A DNA stretch of 63,628 nt, the filler included, from an uncultured Myxococcia bacterium (lineage in GTDB: Bacteria; CAZTWC01), in assembly GCA_964617105.1 (NCBI GenBank). It is 27 parts of 27 records of this genome, joined end to end, with 100 filler letters (N's around TTAATTAATTAA, not from the genome) between each part and the next. Parts side by side here need not be neighbours in the genome. Positions count along the whole stretch, not along the records: positions 53,026 to 55,131 come from CAZTWC010000450.1; positions 55,232 to 57,268 come from CAZTWC010000451.1; positions 57,369 to 59,392 come from CAZTWC010000452.1; positions 59,493 to 61,514 come from CAZTWC010000453.1; positions 61,615 to 63,628 come from CAZTWC010000454.1; 22 more parts are not named here. The stretch is one strand, 5' to 3'. Of the stretch, positions 53,919-63,628 are shown in pieces. The notes under the pieces are model-generated. The model was not told the origin of the DNA. It did not search any database and was given only the letters and a program-made list of their open reading frames with translations. How positions within the stretch are numbered: position 1 is the stretch's first letter; every line of letters begins with the position of its first letter. Position numbers and translations under genes: made by a program.

Positions 53919-55103
53919 TTGTCTAAAAAGTTGCCTAATATGGATAAGAGTTTGACAAAAGCACTAAAAACACTGGTTGAGCAGATAAAGCCTGATCTGC
54001 GGGCGCACATGCGGCTGTCCCTTCTGGGTAAGGTGGTGGCGGTTAATGAAGATGACTACCGGGTGGATGTGGTTGTGGGTGATATTAGGGGAGTGGATGA
54101 AACAGGTGATATTGGTGGAGTTGCCAGTGACGACAGCAAAAAACCAGATACCAATACTCTGGACTTACCCAATCTGCCTGTCAGCAGCCTCTTTGCCCAG
54201 GATGGGTATGGTATTTGGGCACTGCCAGAGGTTGGTGCAGAGGTGACAGTCTCTTTTTACGAGGGGGATGTAACCAGACCCTATGTGGAGGCACCGGTAT
54301 TCTACAACAATCGGGCACCGGAAGGATTTAGGGAAGGATGTTTCAAGACCGGCACTATAGCCATAGTGGGCAAACAGGGCCAGAAACTTATCCTAAAACC
54401 GGATTCATCCGAGGTGGTGGTTATGGCCGATAGTATCAAAACCATCATCACTGGCAGCAAACAGTCAACAGTCACAGGAGACTCACAGGAGAAGATATCA
54501 GGAACACTGAAAAGCACTGTTGGAAAAGACTGTGAAATAAAGGTTGAAGGAGCGCAACTAAGTGAAAGTAAAAAGTATTTCAAAACAGTAAAAGGTTTGT
54601 CACAGGAGCAGTACAACAGCAGGAGAGTGAAGATAAAGGGCGAAGAAGAACACACTTGCCTGGGAAACAGCAATTTGACTGTGGGAGGTAACCTGAGCCA
54701 CAAGGTGCTGGGCACCACCCAGACCGCAACGGTAGGCCCCAAACAGGAAATAGTTGGCGGCAACTATAGCCTGGTTGTGGCAAATGGCCCCACGCCTCAA
54801 CCCAATGCCTGGTCAGTTGATGCGGCCATGGGAAATATCTCAATAAACACCATGGCCGGGCAAATCAAAATAGGTGGTAAGAGTGCTATATCGCCGGCTG
54901 TTCTGGGCACTGAACTTGTCGCTAGTTTACAGACCCTTATCCAAATTTTTAATAGCAATGCAACGGCCATTACCGGACCCTGCTCGATGGGATCACCGGC
55001 CCAACTATCACCTGCAGTTGTATCGGCCCTGAGTTCCTGGGCAGGTTCTCTGGCGAACATATTGTCACAGTGCGTAATGCTGAAAAAATTGCCGGTAGGT
55101 TAA
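53919..55103 (+). CDS. Baseplate spike protein (GpV/gp5-like: OB fold plus beta-helix)
   Basis: GKVVAV, WALPEVGAEVTVSFYEGD..RPYV; repeated V.G beta-helix; PAVLG.EL. Confidence 0.82.
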   Translation: MSKKLPNMDKSLTKALKTLVEQIKPDLRAHMRLSLLGKVVAVNEDDYRVDVVVGDIRGVDETGDIGGVASDDSKKPDTNTLDLPNLPVSSLFAQDGYGIWALPEVGAEVTVSFYEGDVTRPYVEAPVFYNNRAPEGFREGCFKTGTIAIVGKQGQKLILKPDSSEVVVMADSIKTIITGSKQSTVTGDSQEKISGTLKSTVGKDCEIKVEGAQLSESKKYFKTVKGLSQEQYNSRRVKIKGEEEHTCLGNSNLTVGGNLSHKVLGTTQTATVGPKQEIVGGNYSLVVANGPTPQPNAWSVDAAMGNISINTMAGQIKIGGKSAISPAVLGTELVASLQTLIQIFNSNATAITGPCSMGSPAQLSPAVVSALSSWAGSLANILSQCVMLKKLPVG

Positions 55104-55231
55104 GCACAGAAAACAAAAAGCAGAAAGTAGANNNNNNNNNNNNNNNNNNNNNNNNNNNNNNNNNNNNNNNNNNNNTTAATTAATTAANNNNNNNNNNNNN
55201 NNNNNNNNNNNNNNNNNNNNNNNNNNNNNNN

Positions 55232-55681
55232 AAAACCTTTATTAGAGTAAAAATAATGGAATACGATTTAGTTTCCCAAGATGAGATTGAAGAATTTCAC
55301 TCTCGTTGGAAAAATATTGCCGATCAGGTGCAAGTTACCGGTATTCACAGTTGGAGCGGCGCTATAAATGACTTGAATATCACTGATGAAACTTCATCTA
55401 ACCGCTATCCCTGTGGTCTTCTCTGGTATATGATGGCTGTAAACAGTAACGGCAAGGTCTCTGTCTGTAATGTGGATTGGGATTACTCAGGCGTAATTGG
55501 CGACATCCACTCCAGTTCCCTTCATAAAATCTGGAATAATCCCACAATGCGTAAAATCCGCTGTTCGCATCTAGAATCCAAATGGGACTTTGTTCCGGTA
55601 TGTGATAAGTGCGTGNNNNNNNNNNGGGTCAGTGTTGGTGATATGACTGGTTTTTTTAAAAATCGGAATGAGTTTTATTAA
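55232..55681 (+). CDS. Radical SAM SPASM domain, C-terminal fragment
   Basis: PC..LW..M.V..NG.VSVC..D...IG...L..IWN...C.KC. Confidence 0.85.
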   Translation, partial: KTFIRVKIMEYDLVSQDEIEEFHSRWKNIADQVQVTGIHSWSGAINDLNITDETSSNRYPCGLLWYMMAVNSNGKVSVCNVDWDYSGVIGDIHSSSLHKIWNNPTMRKIRCSHLESKWDFVPVCDKCVXXXXVSVGDMTGFFKNRNEFY

Positions 55682-55710
55682 AATATTATCAAAAGAGTAA
55701 AGAGATTGTT

Positions 55711-56763
55711 ATGAATTTTTTAACCCCTTTTAAAACCAATAATCGATCGGCAACCTATATTATTGCCGAGGCTGGTGTTCATCATGGCTGCGATCTTGAA
55801 AACGCTAAAAAATTGATCCAGGCCGCGGCTGAATCCGGCGCTGACGCCATAAAGTTCCAGACCTACAAATCCGGTGACCTGGTAACTAAATGGGCTCCAA
55901 AATACTGGCTGGAGGATGATGATTCAAATCAGGAGACCCAATTCGATTATTTTGCCCGGAGAGATAAGTTTAATTTAAACGAATACCAACTACTTAATCA
56001 GTATTCTAAAGAATGTGGAATAGTCTTTATTTCCACCCCTTTTGACAACCGTTCTGTCCAATGGCTGGAGCAATTGGATGTCCCCTTTTGGAAAATAGCA
56101 TCTGCTGATATTGATAATTTTCCCCTGCTGGAAATGGTTTCCGCCACTTGCAAACCAATTCTGCTCTCCACTGGCGCTTCTTACTTTGATGAGATCAACA
56201 AAACCCTTGAATTTTTAAAGCAGTTAAAGGTGAAAAATATTGCTTTGCTTCACTGCAATCTCTCCTATCCAACTCCCGATGAACAGGCCAATTTGAGCCG
56301 GATAGTCAAATTAAAAAAGCGGTTCCCCAATTTGTTGATTGGATATTCTGACCATACAGTACCTGACCGCCAGGTCACCATACCCACAGCAGCGGTGGCT
56401 TTGGGAGCCGAAATTGTTGAAAAACACTTTACCCTGGACCGGACTATTCCAAAAGATGACCACTATCATTCAATTGATCCGGTTCTTTTAAACACCATGG
56501 TTGAGCAAATAAGCACGGTAGAAAAAGCCACTTCAAATTATGTTGAGATTACCGAATCAGAACTGCCGGCCCGCAAGAATGCCCGCCGTAGTCTGGTGGC
56601 TTCCAGACAAATACTTAATGGTGAGCGGTTAACACCCAAAATGATGGTCCCCAAACGGCCGGGCGGTGGTATCTCACCTTCCCAATTAAACAGGTTAATT
56701 GGGAAAAAAGTTTTGCATACCATTGAGATCGATGAGCAACTTACCTGGGACTCTGTTGAATAA
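55711..56763 (+). CDS. NeuB/SpsE-family nonulosonic acid synthase
   Basis: IIAEAGVHH, AIKFQT, STPFD, KIASAD, GYSDHT, EKHFT, SAF domain. Confidence 0.93.
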   Translation: MNFLTPFKTNNRSATYIIAEAGVHHGCDLENAKKLIQAAAESGADAIKFQTYKSGDLVTKWAPKYWLEDDDSNQETQFDYFARRDKFNLNEYQLLNQYSKECGIVFISTPFDNRSVQWLEQLDVPFWKIASADIDNFPLLEMVSATCKPILLSTGASYFDEINKTLEFLKQLKVKNIALLHCNLSYPTPDEQANLSRIVKLKKRFPNLLIGYSDHTVPDRQVTIPTAAVALGAEIVEKHFTLDRTIPKDDHYHSIDPVLLNTMVEQISTVEKATSNYVEITESELPARKNARRSLVASRQILNGERLTPKMMVPKRPGGGISPSQLNRLIGKKVLHTIEIDEQLTWDSVE

Positions 56764-56775
56764 GGATTGTAAACT

Positions 56776-57268
56776 ATGGATGTCAGTATTGTTATTCCTA
56801 CATTTAACTATGATAAATATGTCGCCCGGGCTATTAGAAGTTGCCTTGAGCAGTCATTTCCAAAACAAAATTATGAAATTATTGTGGTTAACGACAGCAG
56901 TAGAGATTCTACCAAATATATTTTAGAGTCCTATGGTCATTGGATCAAAGTTATTGAACATCAAGATAATATGGGGTTGCCATTCTCTAGAAACCAGGGT
57001 ATTCGAAAGGCCCGGGGTAAATTTATTGTAAATCTGGATGCTGACGATTATCTGCACCGGGACTTTATCAATTTCTGCTATCTCTACCTTACCTTTAATA
57101 AAGTTGATGCAGTGGCTTCCGATTATTATCTGGTTGAAGATAATGAACTTATAATAAAAAGAATCAATGTTAATGAAGAACCAATCGCCTGCGGAATAAT
57201 GTTTCGCAAAGGACATATGCTGGATGTGGGATTGTATGATCCGGAATTAAAAATCGGTGAAGATATCG
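56776..57268 (+). CDS. Glycosyltransferase family 2 (3' truncated)
   Basis: VSIVIPTFN, VVNDSS.D, LDADD. Confidence 0.92.
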
Positions 57269-57370
57269 NNNNNNNNNNNNNNNNNNNNNNNNNNNNNNNN
57301 NNNNNNNNNNNNTTAATTAATTAANNNNNNNNNNNNNNNNNNNNNNNNNNNNNNNNNNNNNNNNNNNNTA

Positions 57371-58228
57371 CTGCATCAGTTTAGTAATACCTATGTTCTT
57401 GACAATGGCGATTGTGATGATAATAATCCTCACATCAGTTTCCAGTGCGGGTATAAAAACGATCTGCAGGCACTGGCATTTAAACTTGCCATTGATATGA
57501 ACTATAAGTTTTACCGGCAGAGGCACTATCTGATCCCTGAAAGTGACAAAATCCGTCTCTATGACAGTATCGACAACTACCTGTCAGTGAGTTATCTACC
57601 GGCTGTTACCGAAATCGTTGTTGCAATAGCCGATCACATGAATGTTAATTTGACCGAAGCGCAAATCGACGCTCTCCTGTCAGATATGCTGAAAAGTCCA
57701 AAATTGGCCGGGTTATTAGGTTGGTCAATTTTCCTTAAAGGAAAAGGACCGGAGATGTGTGGGCAGAAAAATTTAGGTGGCTTTATGAGCAGAGGTAACA
57801 AAGCCCATTTGAATGGAGTGATCGGTCAATTGGGATCTTTCTCCGGACCGGGGAATGTTCTTTCGTTTACCAAAGGCCTTAGAGGTGTGTTAGGTGGTTT
57901 AAAATCGAAATTTGGCAATGGATGCGGCTTGGCCTTTTTGGGAGATGAAGGTGGACGAGCGAATAAGGAGGGGAAACACTTTCAGGGGATGGGGCCTAAA
58001 AGTGATTTAAATTTTTATCCGAAATGTAACCGGGATTGTGATAAATTGATTGCTGATCATGCAGAATGGGCTGTAGGCTACGGATTTGAACGAGTTGGTA
58101 CAGGTGTTGCGACAATTTGGGAGAATACCGGACAAAATGCAATTGAAAACTATAAGAGCAACTTCAAACCTGGCCAACAAGATGGAGAAAAGGGATTTTA
58201 TGACCATGCCAAAGAGTATAAGAGATGA
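57371..58228 (+). CDS. Secreted-type protein with DCDD metal-binding motif and uncharacterised Gly-rich C-terminal domain (5' truncated)
   Basis: Frame open from the contig edge: YVLDNGDCDDNNPHI continues into the 57497 ORF. Confidence 0.6.
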   Translation: MHQFSNTYVLDNGDCDDNNPHISFQCGYKNDLQALAFKLAIDMNYKFYRQRHYLIPESDKIRLYDSIDNYLSVSYLPAVTEIVVAIADHMNVNLTEAQIDALLSDMLKSPKLAGLLGWSIFLKGKGPEMCGQKNLGGFMSRGNKAHLNGVIGQLGSFSGPGNVLSFTKGLRGVLGGLKSKFGNGCGLAFLGDEGGRANKEGKHFQGMGPKSDLNFYPKCNRDCDKLIADHAEWAVGYGFERVGTGVATIWENTGQNAIENYKSNFKPGQQDGEKGFYDHAKEYKR

Positions 58229-58532
58229 TCTGTAATCAAATGACCGGGAACATTGACCCTACACCGATTGATAACAGCTTATCCGGGTTGGAATTTTACG
58301 GCATCTCAGGTATGAGTGTACAACCAGCAGGTAAAAGTTGGCTAAAACAATGCCTGGATAGACATGGTAAACAGAATCAAAATTCCAGTTGTCAACCCAG
58401 ATCTATAGCCTCCCATCTGGACAAAGAAATGGCAAGGTTGATGAAACGGCTTTCAAATATGTGTAGCAATTTTTAGGTAGTAGGACAGTGAAGTAAAATA
58501 TTAAAATTACTAAAAAAAAATAGGTAACAAAT

Positions 58533-58928
58533 ATGAATAAAATTACAACAAATTTTCAACCTGGTAAAAGAGGTAACTTTTCATTTCTGATTACTATTGG
58601 ACTATCTGTTATGGTAATCAGTTTTTTATTCAGTTGCAGCGGCATTAGTAATCATTCTTATAAAAAGTGTAATCAAGAGCGTGCTCTATTGCAAAAGCAA
58701 AATAAGGATTGGGAAAAAAAGTATTCAATATTGAAGCAAAAACTGGTTAAGTGGGAAAAAGATTATCAAGAAATCGCAAATAAAGTAAATCAACAAACAA
58801 AACAAATAGACCAACAAGCAAAACAAATAGACCAACGAGCAAAACAGTTTGACTTACAAACAAAACAGATAGAATCCCTGTTAAAATGGAAACAGGAATA
58901 TGAAAAAAAGCAAAAAGAGGGGAGATGA
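58533..58928 (+). CDS. Coiled-coil lipoprotein
   Basis: LFSC lipobox; QQ(T/A)KQID heptads. Confidence 0.65.
   Translation: MNKITTNFQPGKRGNFSFLITIGLSVMVISFLFSCSGISNHSYKKCNQERALLQKQNKDWEKKYSILKQKLVKWEKDYQEIANKVNQQTKQIDQQAKQIDQRAKQFDLQTKQIESLLKWKQEYEKKQKEGR
58791..58874 (+). repeat. Four imperfect 21-bp tandem repeats
   Basis: CAACAAACAAAACAAATAGAC-type unit x4. Confidence 0.85.
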
Positions 58929-58939
58929 CATTAAACCCA

Positions 58940-59042
58940 TGCCATCCCTTTAAGGGAAAGGCCGGACTTGAACCGGCACTTTATGGCTTTTTTGTCAATG
59001 ATTTTAAGTAGATAGGTTTTGGGCGATCGACAAGTGATCGAC
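58940..59042. mobile_element. att site: tRNA(Leu-like) 3' fragment plus arm repeats
   Basis: TGCC[13 nt]AAAGGCCGGACTTGAACCGGCAC is the reverse complement of an acceptor strand plus T arm; GATCGAC at 59025 and 59036. Confidence 0.6.
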
Positions 59043-59622
59043 CGGAGGGAAATGTGAGGATTTTAGGTGGGAATGGGAATGTGACATCGTGATGCCCGAA
59101 AACTACATCCAAATTGAAATGAGCCAATCGACATGTCCAGGATCCCAAGAGTAATCAATAGTTGCTTCACCCCATCCAATCTTGACTAGTTTAGCGATTT
59201 GCATTCCTTCCCAGGCGGTGGTTCCCTGGTTGCGGCCATTTAGATGGGGTGATAAATTATCTATACCCCTAAAATGACAAACCTGCCTTCGCGGCATGAA
59301 CCTGGTTAATTCGTCACGAGTTAATACTTTTTGCTGACTTTGACGTTAAACGGGCCTCGTCATCAGATTATACAAATTTATTACCATTAGTTNNNNNNNN
59401 NNNNNNNNNNNNNNNNNNNNNNNNNNNNNNNNNNNNTTAATTAATTAANNNNNNNNNNNNNNNNNNNNNNNNNNNNNNNNNNNNNNNNNNNNGGTAAAAT
59501 ATATTTTGCCTATCTACAACTATTGATTACTCTTGGGATCCTGGACAAGTCGATTGGCTCTTTATATTATCATGAAACTTTTTAACTTTTTTTTCACCTC
59601 CTGGCACTATTACGATTTTTTT

Positions 59623-60000
59623 TTACCATGATTTCAGAATAGGATACTTTTCTCCTCCTTTTGTAATTATTATCAGTTCTTGTCTATGGGAGCCCTTCCA
59701 TAATAGATGAGGAATATTGTCAATAAAAACATCCTGTGATTCCGGTGCAAAAAAATCCATGATGGAACGACCAACCAATTCATTTTCAGTTAGTCCCAAT
59801 GCCTGAACCGCCGACGGATTAACCTGCATGATAATACCCAGCCTGTCCAATATGAAAATGAACTCCGCTGAACAATCAAAAAAGGATTTTAGTTCCAGAT
59901 AGGTGGTCTCAAGTTGTTCCTTTTGTTGGGCCAACCTGCCCGTGTATTCATCGTTTTTCCTTTCCTGCCGCTTGATATAAAAATAAAACAAGATAATCAA
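59623..60000 (-). pseudogene. PAS-domain sensor fragment
   Basis: IFILD..G.I..VN....LG....ELVG PAS motif; no kinase part and no clear start. Confidence 0.55.
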
Positions 60001-60203
60001 CGGTATAGTAGGAAAAAACCAATAAACAGGCTAAAATTACTATCAGAAAACTAGTAATATAGAATTTTGTTTTCCCATTTTTATACTTCATCATTCAATC
60101 CTAATTCTATTAAAAATTGCTTTAATTGTATCATGTTCAATGTAGCCTGATGAAATAAATTGGTAGTTTCCTTTCAATATACGCAAAATAGGCGTATATA
60201 ATC

Positions 60204-60725
60204 TCAATGACCTTTCTTGTGCTGAACCCCGCCCCCGACAACCTCCCCGCAACCATACATTTTTGCCCCATAATAGGGATTGGCAATCTTCTTCCCCTTC
60301 TGCAGCCACGATCCCTCTGTCATGGAACAGTACACAACCGCAATACCAGCGGGTTTTGACATGGTGGCCCACATGGCCATGGGTTTTGACAGGTCCTTCA
60401 ACGCCTCTCGCATGGCTTTGATGTCTTTGGCTTTTGCCAATTTCCGGGCCGCTTTTTTCAGTTTCATGGGCACATGCTTGTAGCGACTTGCATGTTTGCC
60501 TTTTACTTTCCCGGGCTGGAGTTTCCCGGCCAGTTTGGTGATTTTGCCGGCAGCTTTTGCCACGCCTGCTGTCGAATCCCCGGAAAGGGCTTTGTGTATG
60601 GCAAGATACTCGTTCAGGATGGGTCTCATTCCTTTGTCAAAAGTCTTGGTGCCCCCATGGGCCGCATTGAAGCCGGTCAGGGTGAAAAGAATGATAACTA
60701 CGTAAAAGATAGGTGTATTTTTCAT
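60204..60725 (-). CDS. DUF3347-like periplasmic heavy-metal efflux accessory protein
   Basis: YL.I.KAL..D, YCSM...SWLQ....IANPYYG.KM..CG. Confidence 0.85.
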   Translation of the reverse strand: MKNTPIFYVVIILFTLTGFNAAHGGTKTFDKGMRPILNEYLAIHKALSGDSTAGVAKAAGKITKLAGKLQPGKVKGKHASRYKHVPMKLKKAARKLAKAKDIKAMREALKDLSKPMAMWATMSKPAGIAVVYCSMTEGSWLQKGKKIANPYYGAKMYGCGEVVGGGVQHKKGH

Positions 60726-60803
60726 TTTTGTTCTCCTTATTCAATAGGAATGTTCAGGCAATAAATTCAATAAAACAATTATGATAAAAGGCATTTAATG
60801 GCC

Positions 60804-61514
60804 TTATCCCTTTACTGGTGCGGATTTTTCTTTATAACTCCACCTTTTCCAAACCAGGTAGATGGCCGGTAAAATGACCAGGGTCAAAATCGTGGAAGAT
60901 ATAAGCCCGCCAACCATGGGGGAGGCGATGCGCTTCATCACCCTTACCCCGGTTTCATCGCCGAACATCACGGGCAGCAACCCGATGGTGGTGGTGGCCA
61001 CGGTCATGAGTTTGGGCCGCACCCGGTCCACAGCCCCCTCAACGATAACCCCTTTGAGGTCTGCTACGGTCAAGAGCCTTCCCTCGGCCTTCCAACGGTT
61101 GAAAGTCTCGTCCAAATAGACTAGCATCACCACCCCGGTCTCGGCAGCTAAACCAGCCAGGGCAATGAATCCTACGGCCACGGCCACAGAGAGGTTGTAC
61201 CCGCTGAAAAACATCAGCCACACCCCGCCCACCAGGGCAAAGGGCAAAGTCCCCATGACAATGAGGCTCTCGGTGATGTTCCGAAAATGGACGAACAACA
61301 GCAGGAAAATAATGGCCAAAGTCAGGGGAACCACGATGCTGAGTCTTTTTTGGGCACGCTCCATGTACTCGAACTGGCCTGACCAGACAATGGAGACCCC
61401 GGAAGGCAGTTTCACCTGGTCCGAGACCAGTTTTTTGGCTTTTTTCACGTACCCGCCAACATCCGATGTCTTCAAGTCCACGAATATCCAGGCTGTACGC
61501 CTGGCGTTTTCACT
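60804..61514 (-). CDS. cusA: CusA/CzcA heavy-metal RND efflux pump, C-terminal part
   Basis: WSGQFEYMERA, GFIALAGLAAETGVVM, RVRPKLMT, MKRIASPMVGG. Confidence 0.93.
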   Translation of the reverse strand, partial: SENARRTAWIFVDLKTSDVGGYVKKAKKLVSDQVKLPSGVSIVWSGQFEYMERAQKRLSIVVPLTLAIIFLLLFVHFRNITESLIVMGTLPFALVGGVWLMFFSGYNLSVAVAVGFIALAGLAAETGVVMLVYLDETFNRWKAEGRLLTVADLKGVIVEGAVDRVRPKLMTVATTTIGLLPVMFGDETGVRVMKRIASPMVGGLISSTILTLVILPAIYLVWKRWSYKEKSAPVKG

Positions 61515-61614
61515 NNNNNNNNNNNNNNNNNNNNNNNNNNNNNNNNNNNNNNNNNNNNTTAATTAATTAANNNNNNNNNNNNNNNNNNNNNNNNNNNNNN
61601 NNNNNNNNNNNNNN

Positions 61615-62840
61615 GCATCGCACTGATCCGCCGTTCCAGGTAAACAAGCCCATCCGCACACACCGTCTTTGAGCACGGCGCCGGCGGGACACTCAGTAGC
61701 CGCAGCATAAGGCGGTTTACAGATAGCGCCCACACCGGGAACCGGCTGGCAAACTTCACCACGTTTTTTACAATTGCCTTCTGGTTTGTCAAAATTATCC
61801 AGTATGCAGTCTAACATGCAGAATCCGCCTGTGGGGGACAAGTCACCCACTTCTAGGCAAGAGAGGCCAGTGAATTTAGCGCACTGATTTTCCTCGTTTG
61901 CATTACAGGTGATACCGCAGATACCGGTTTCGGTATTGCACACTGCGCCGGCTGGGCAGTTGTCTGCGCCGGTGACCGGATCTAGTTTACAGGCAGTGTT
62001 GCAGATGGCGCCAACACCGGGAACCGGCTGGCAAACTTCGCCTTTAGTGGTGCAGTCGCCGGCAGGATTGTCAGCACTGGGTACGCACTTGGAGATACAG
62101 AATCCACCTTTGGGGGAGAGGTGATGACCTATACAGGAAAAATCATCTTCACAGTCCACATCATTTTTAGTGGGATCACAGAGTTTGTAGGGCAGGCAAA
62201 GTCCGGTTTCTTCGATACAAAGCGTACCGCTCGGGCAGTCACTGGCGCCAGTAGTCGAATCAGTAATAACACATGGTGCCTTACAGATACCGATTTCATT
62301 GCCATCGGCATCCTGTTGGGACATTGTCTGGCAGATGAAGCCTAGTTCAGCATTACATCCAGCCTCTTTAGGGGTGGGCTTGGTGGGGTCGCACTTAGGG
62401 AAGCAGAGATCGCCGCCAGGAGTGTCTTCAACCAGAATACCACTGGGACATCTTTCTTTTTCCTCTTCACCCTCTTCTGGTTTTGGAGGGGCCACAGCGT
62501 TACAGACACCGACTTTTTTGTCAGCGCCTGGTAGACAGAGGCCAAAGGTGTAGGCTTTTACATCATTGCCCTCTGAATCTTTGCTGGTTGATTCATACAT
62601 ACAATCTGCCGGACCTTTTAAAAGATCGCACTGGTCGCCCAGTTTTCTGATTGCTAGACATTTACCATTGGTGATCTTATCGTCACAATAAGAGCCTTCT
62701 GCGCAGGATGTAGGACAATTAGTTTGCTCACCAAAAATTTTCTTTTCCTCTTTCCAGTCCAACTGTTCTCCGCATCCTACTAAAAACCACATTAGTAAGA
62801 GCGATAGAGCAAAAGACAAGGTAAATAGTTTTTTCTTCAT
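61615..62840 (-). CDS. Cys-rich repeat lipoprotein (3' truncated)
   Basis: LVGC lipobox; GEVCQPVPGVGAIC occurs twice; repeated CP.G..C units. Confidence 0.85.
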
Positions 62841-63053
62841 GCGTTTTCCTCCTTTGTTTGCGACATGATGACTAACTTTAAGTGTAAATTAAAAACGAAA
62901 AACATAAACTAAAATAGCATTTTTACCATTTATAAAATCGGTCTATTTTAACTAGCTAACTATAATCAAATTTATAATTTTTCACAAGAAAAAATTACAC
63001 TAATTAACCAAATTTTATTATTTGCCTGAATTGATTTCATTAGAAAAGAGAGC

Positions 63054-63081
63054 TTGACTTAAGTGACGGCAAAGATATACT
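63054..63081 (+). promoter_or_regulatory. Putative sigma70 promoter of rnpB
   Basis: TTGACT-16 nt-TATACT. Confidence 0.45.
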
Positions 63082-63136
63082 TTTTATACTTAGTTGTAGA
63101 CCGGGAATCGGAAGGTGGTTTTTGGGCTGCAACTAC

Positions 63137-63562
63137 TTGGGCTGAAGAGGTTCAGGTGATCGCCAGATATGGCAGTTTTATAACGGCAATATCTGGAGGA
63201 AAGTCCGGGCTCCAGAGGGCAGGGTGCTGGATAATTTCCAGTCAGGGCAACTTGAAGGAAAGTGCCACAGAAAACAGACTACCCTGGCCGCTAAAAGGTA
63301 AAACCGAGTTTTACCTCGGCGGCATTGGGAAAAGGTGAAAAGGTGCGGTAAGAGCGCACCGGGCCGGCGGCGACGTTGGTTGCATGGTAAACCCCATCCG
63401 GAGCAAGACCGAGTAGAAACCTGAAGGAGTAGCCCGCTTCAAGGGTTTGGGTAAGGTCGCTTGAAAAAGGGAGTAATCTTTTTTCTAGATAAATGATCAC
63501 CAAGGGGTTCATCCAAAGTGAGTTCCAAGACAGAACCCGGCTTATTAACCTCTTTAGCCCAA
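63137..63562 (+). ncRNA. rnpB: RNase P RNA, bacterial type A
   Basis: GAGGAAAGTCCGGGCTC, GAAAGTGCCACAGAAA, GGTAAACCCC, ACAGAACCCGGCTTA; P1 helix TTGGGCTGAAGAGGTT / AACCTCTTTAGCCCAA. Confidence 0.97.
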
Positions 63563-63628
63563 TAACCCATATGGAATTGAATTTTTGGGGAGGTAATAAT
63601 GAATAAAATAAATTTTAGGGTGTTTGTA

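Noticed and set aside
2503-61614. Regularly spaced TTAATTAATTAA repeat as a CRISPR-like or biological array
   Set aside because: It is always embedded in 44+44 Ns and has stops in all frames, so it is an assembly linker. ORF tails reading XXXX-LIN are artefacts.
63063-63512. ORFs 63063-63338 (+) and 63291-63512 (-)
   Set aside because: They overlap the RNase P RNA and are spurious.

Overview
This window is not one locus. It is 27 short contigs (about 2.5 kb falling monotonically to 2.0 kb) joined by 100-nt artificial linkers (N44-TTAATTAATTAA-N44), so it looks like the size-sorted tail of a draft or metagenome-assembled genome, and adjacency across linkers means nothing. Gene content (PEGA, CDGxDNDCDG repeats, TatT, Cys-rich lipoproteins, DsrC/DsrM/DsrK-like genes) suggests a deltaproteobacterial (Myxococcota/Desulfobacterota-like) organism. 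Housekeeping pieces include dnaJ, purH, ftsH-folP, lgt-lnt-pilD, TamB/BamA, neuB, cusA and RNase P RNA. The most interesting accessory pieces are: (1) a DGR-class reverse transcriptase carrying a C-terminal MutS-domain-I-like fusion and overlapping a BrnT/BrnA toxin-antitoxin pair; (2) a sulfur-relay locus where the two DsrC cysteines are split between two proteins flanking a Cys-rich HTH regulator; (3) three tRNA/tmRNA-fragment att sites with shared architecture, two interrupted by tiny CCCTTTA(A)GGG palindromes; (4) a contractile tail module with a -1 frameshifted chaperone and a foreign gene between sheath and tube; (5) a type III-A cas10-csm2-csm3 fragment; (6) a 46-bp collapsed IS200/IS605 element; (7) a tentative magnetosome (mad-like) gene cluster. 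All family assignments come from motif recognition by eye, not from database searches.
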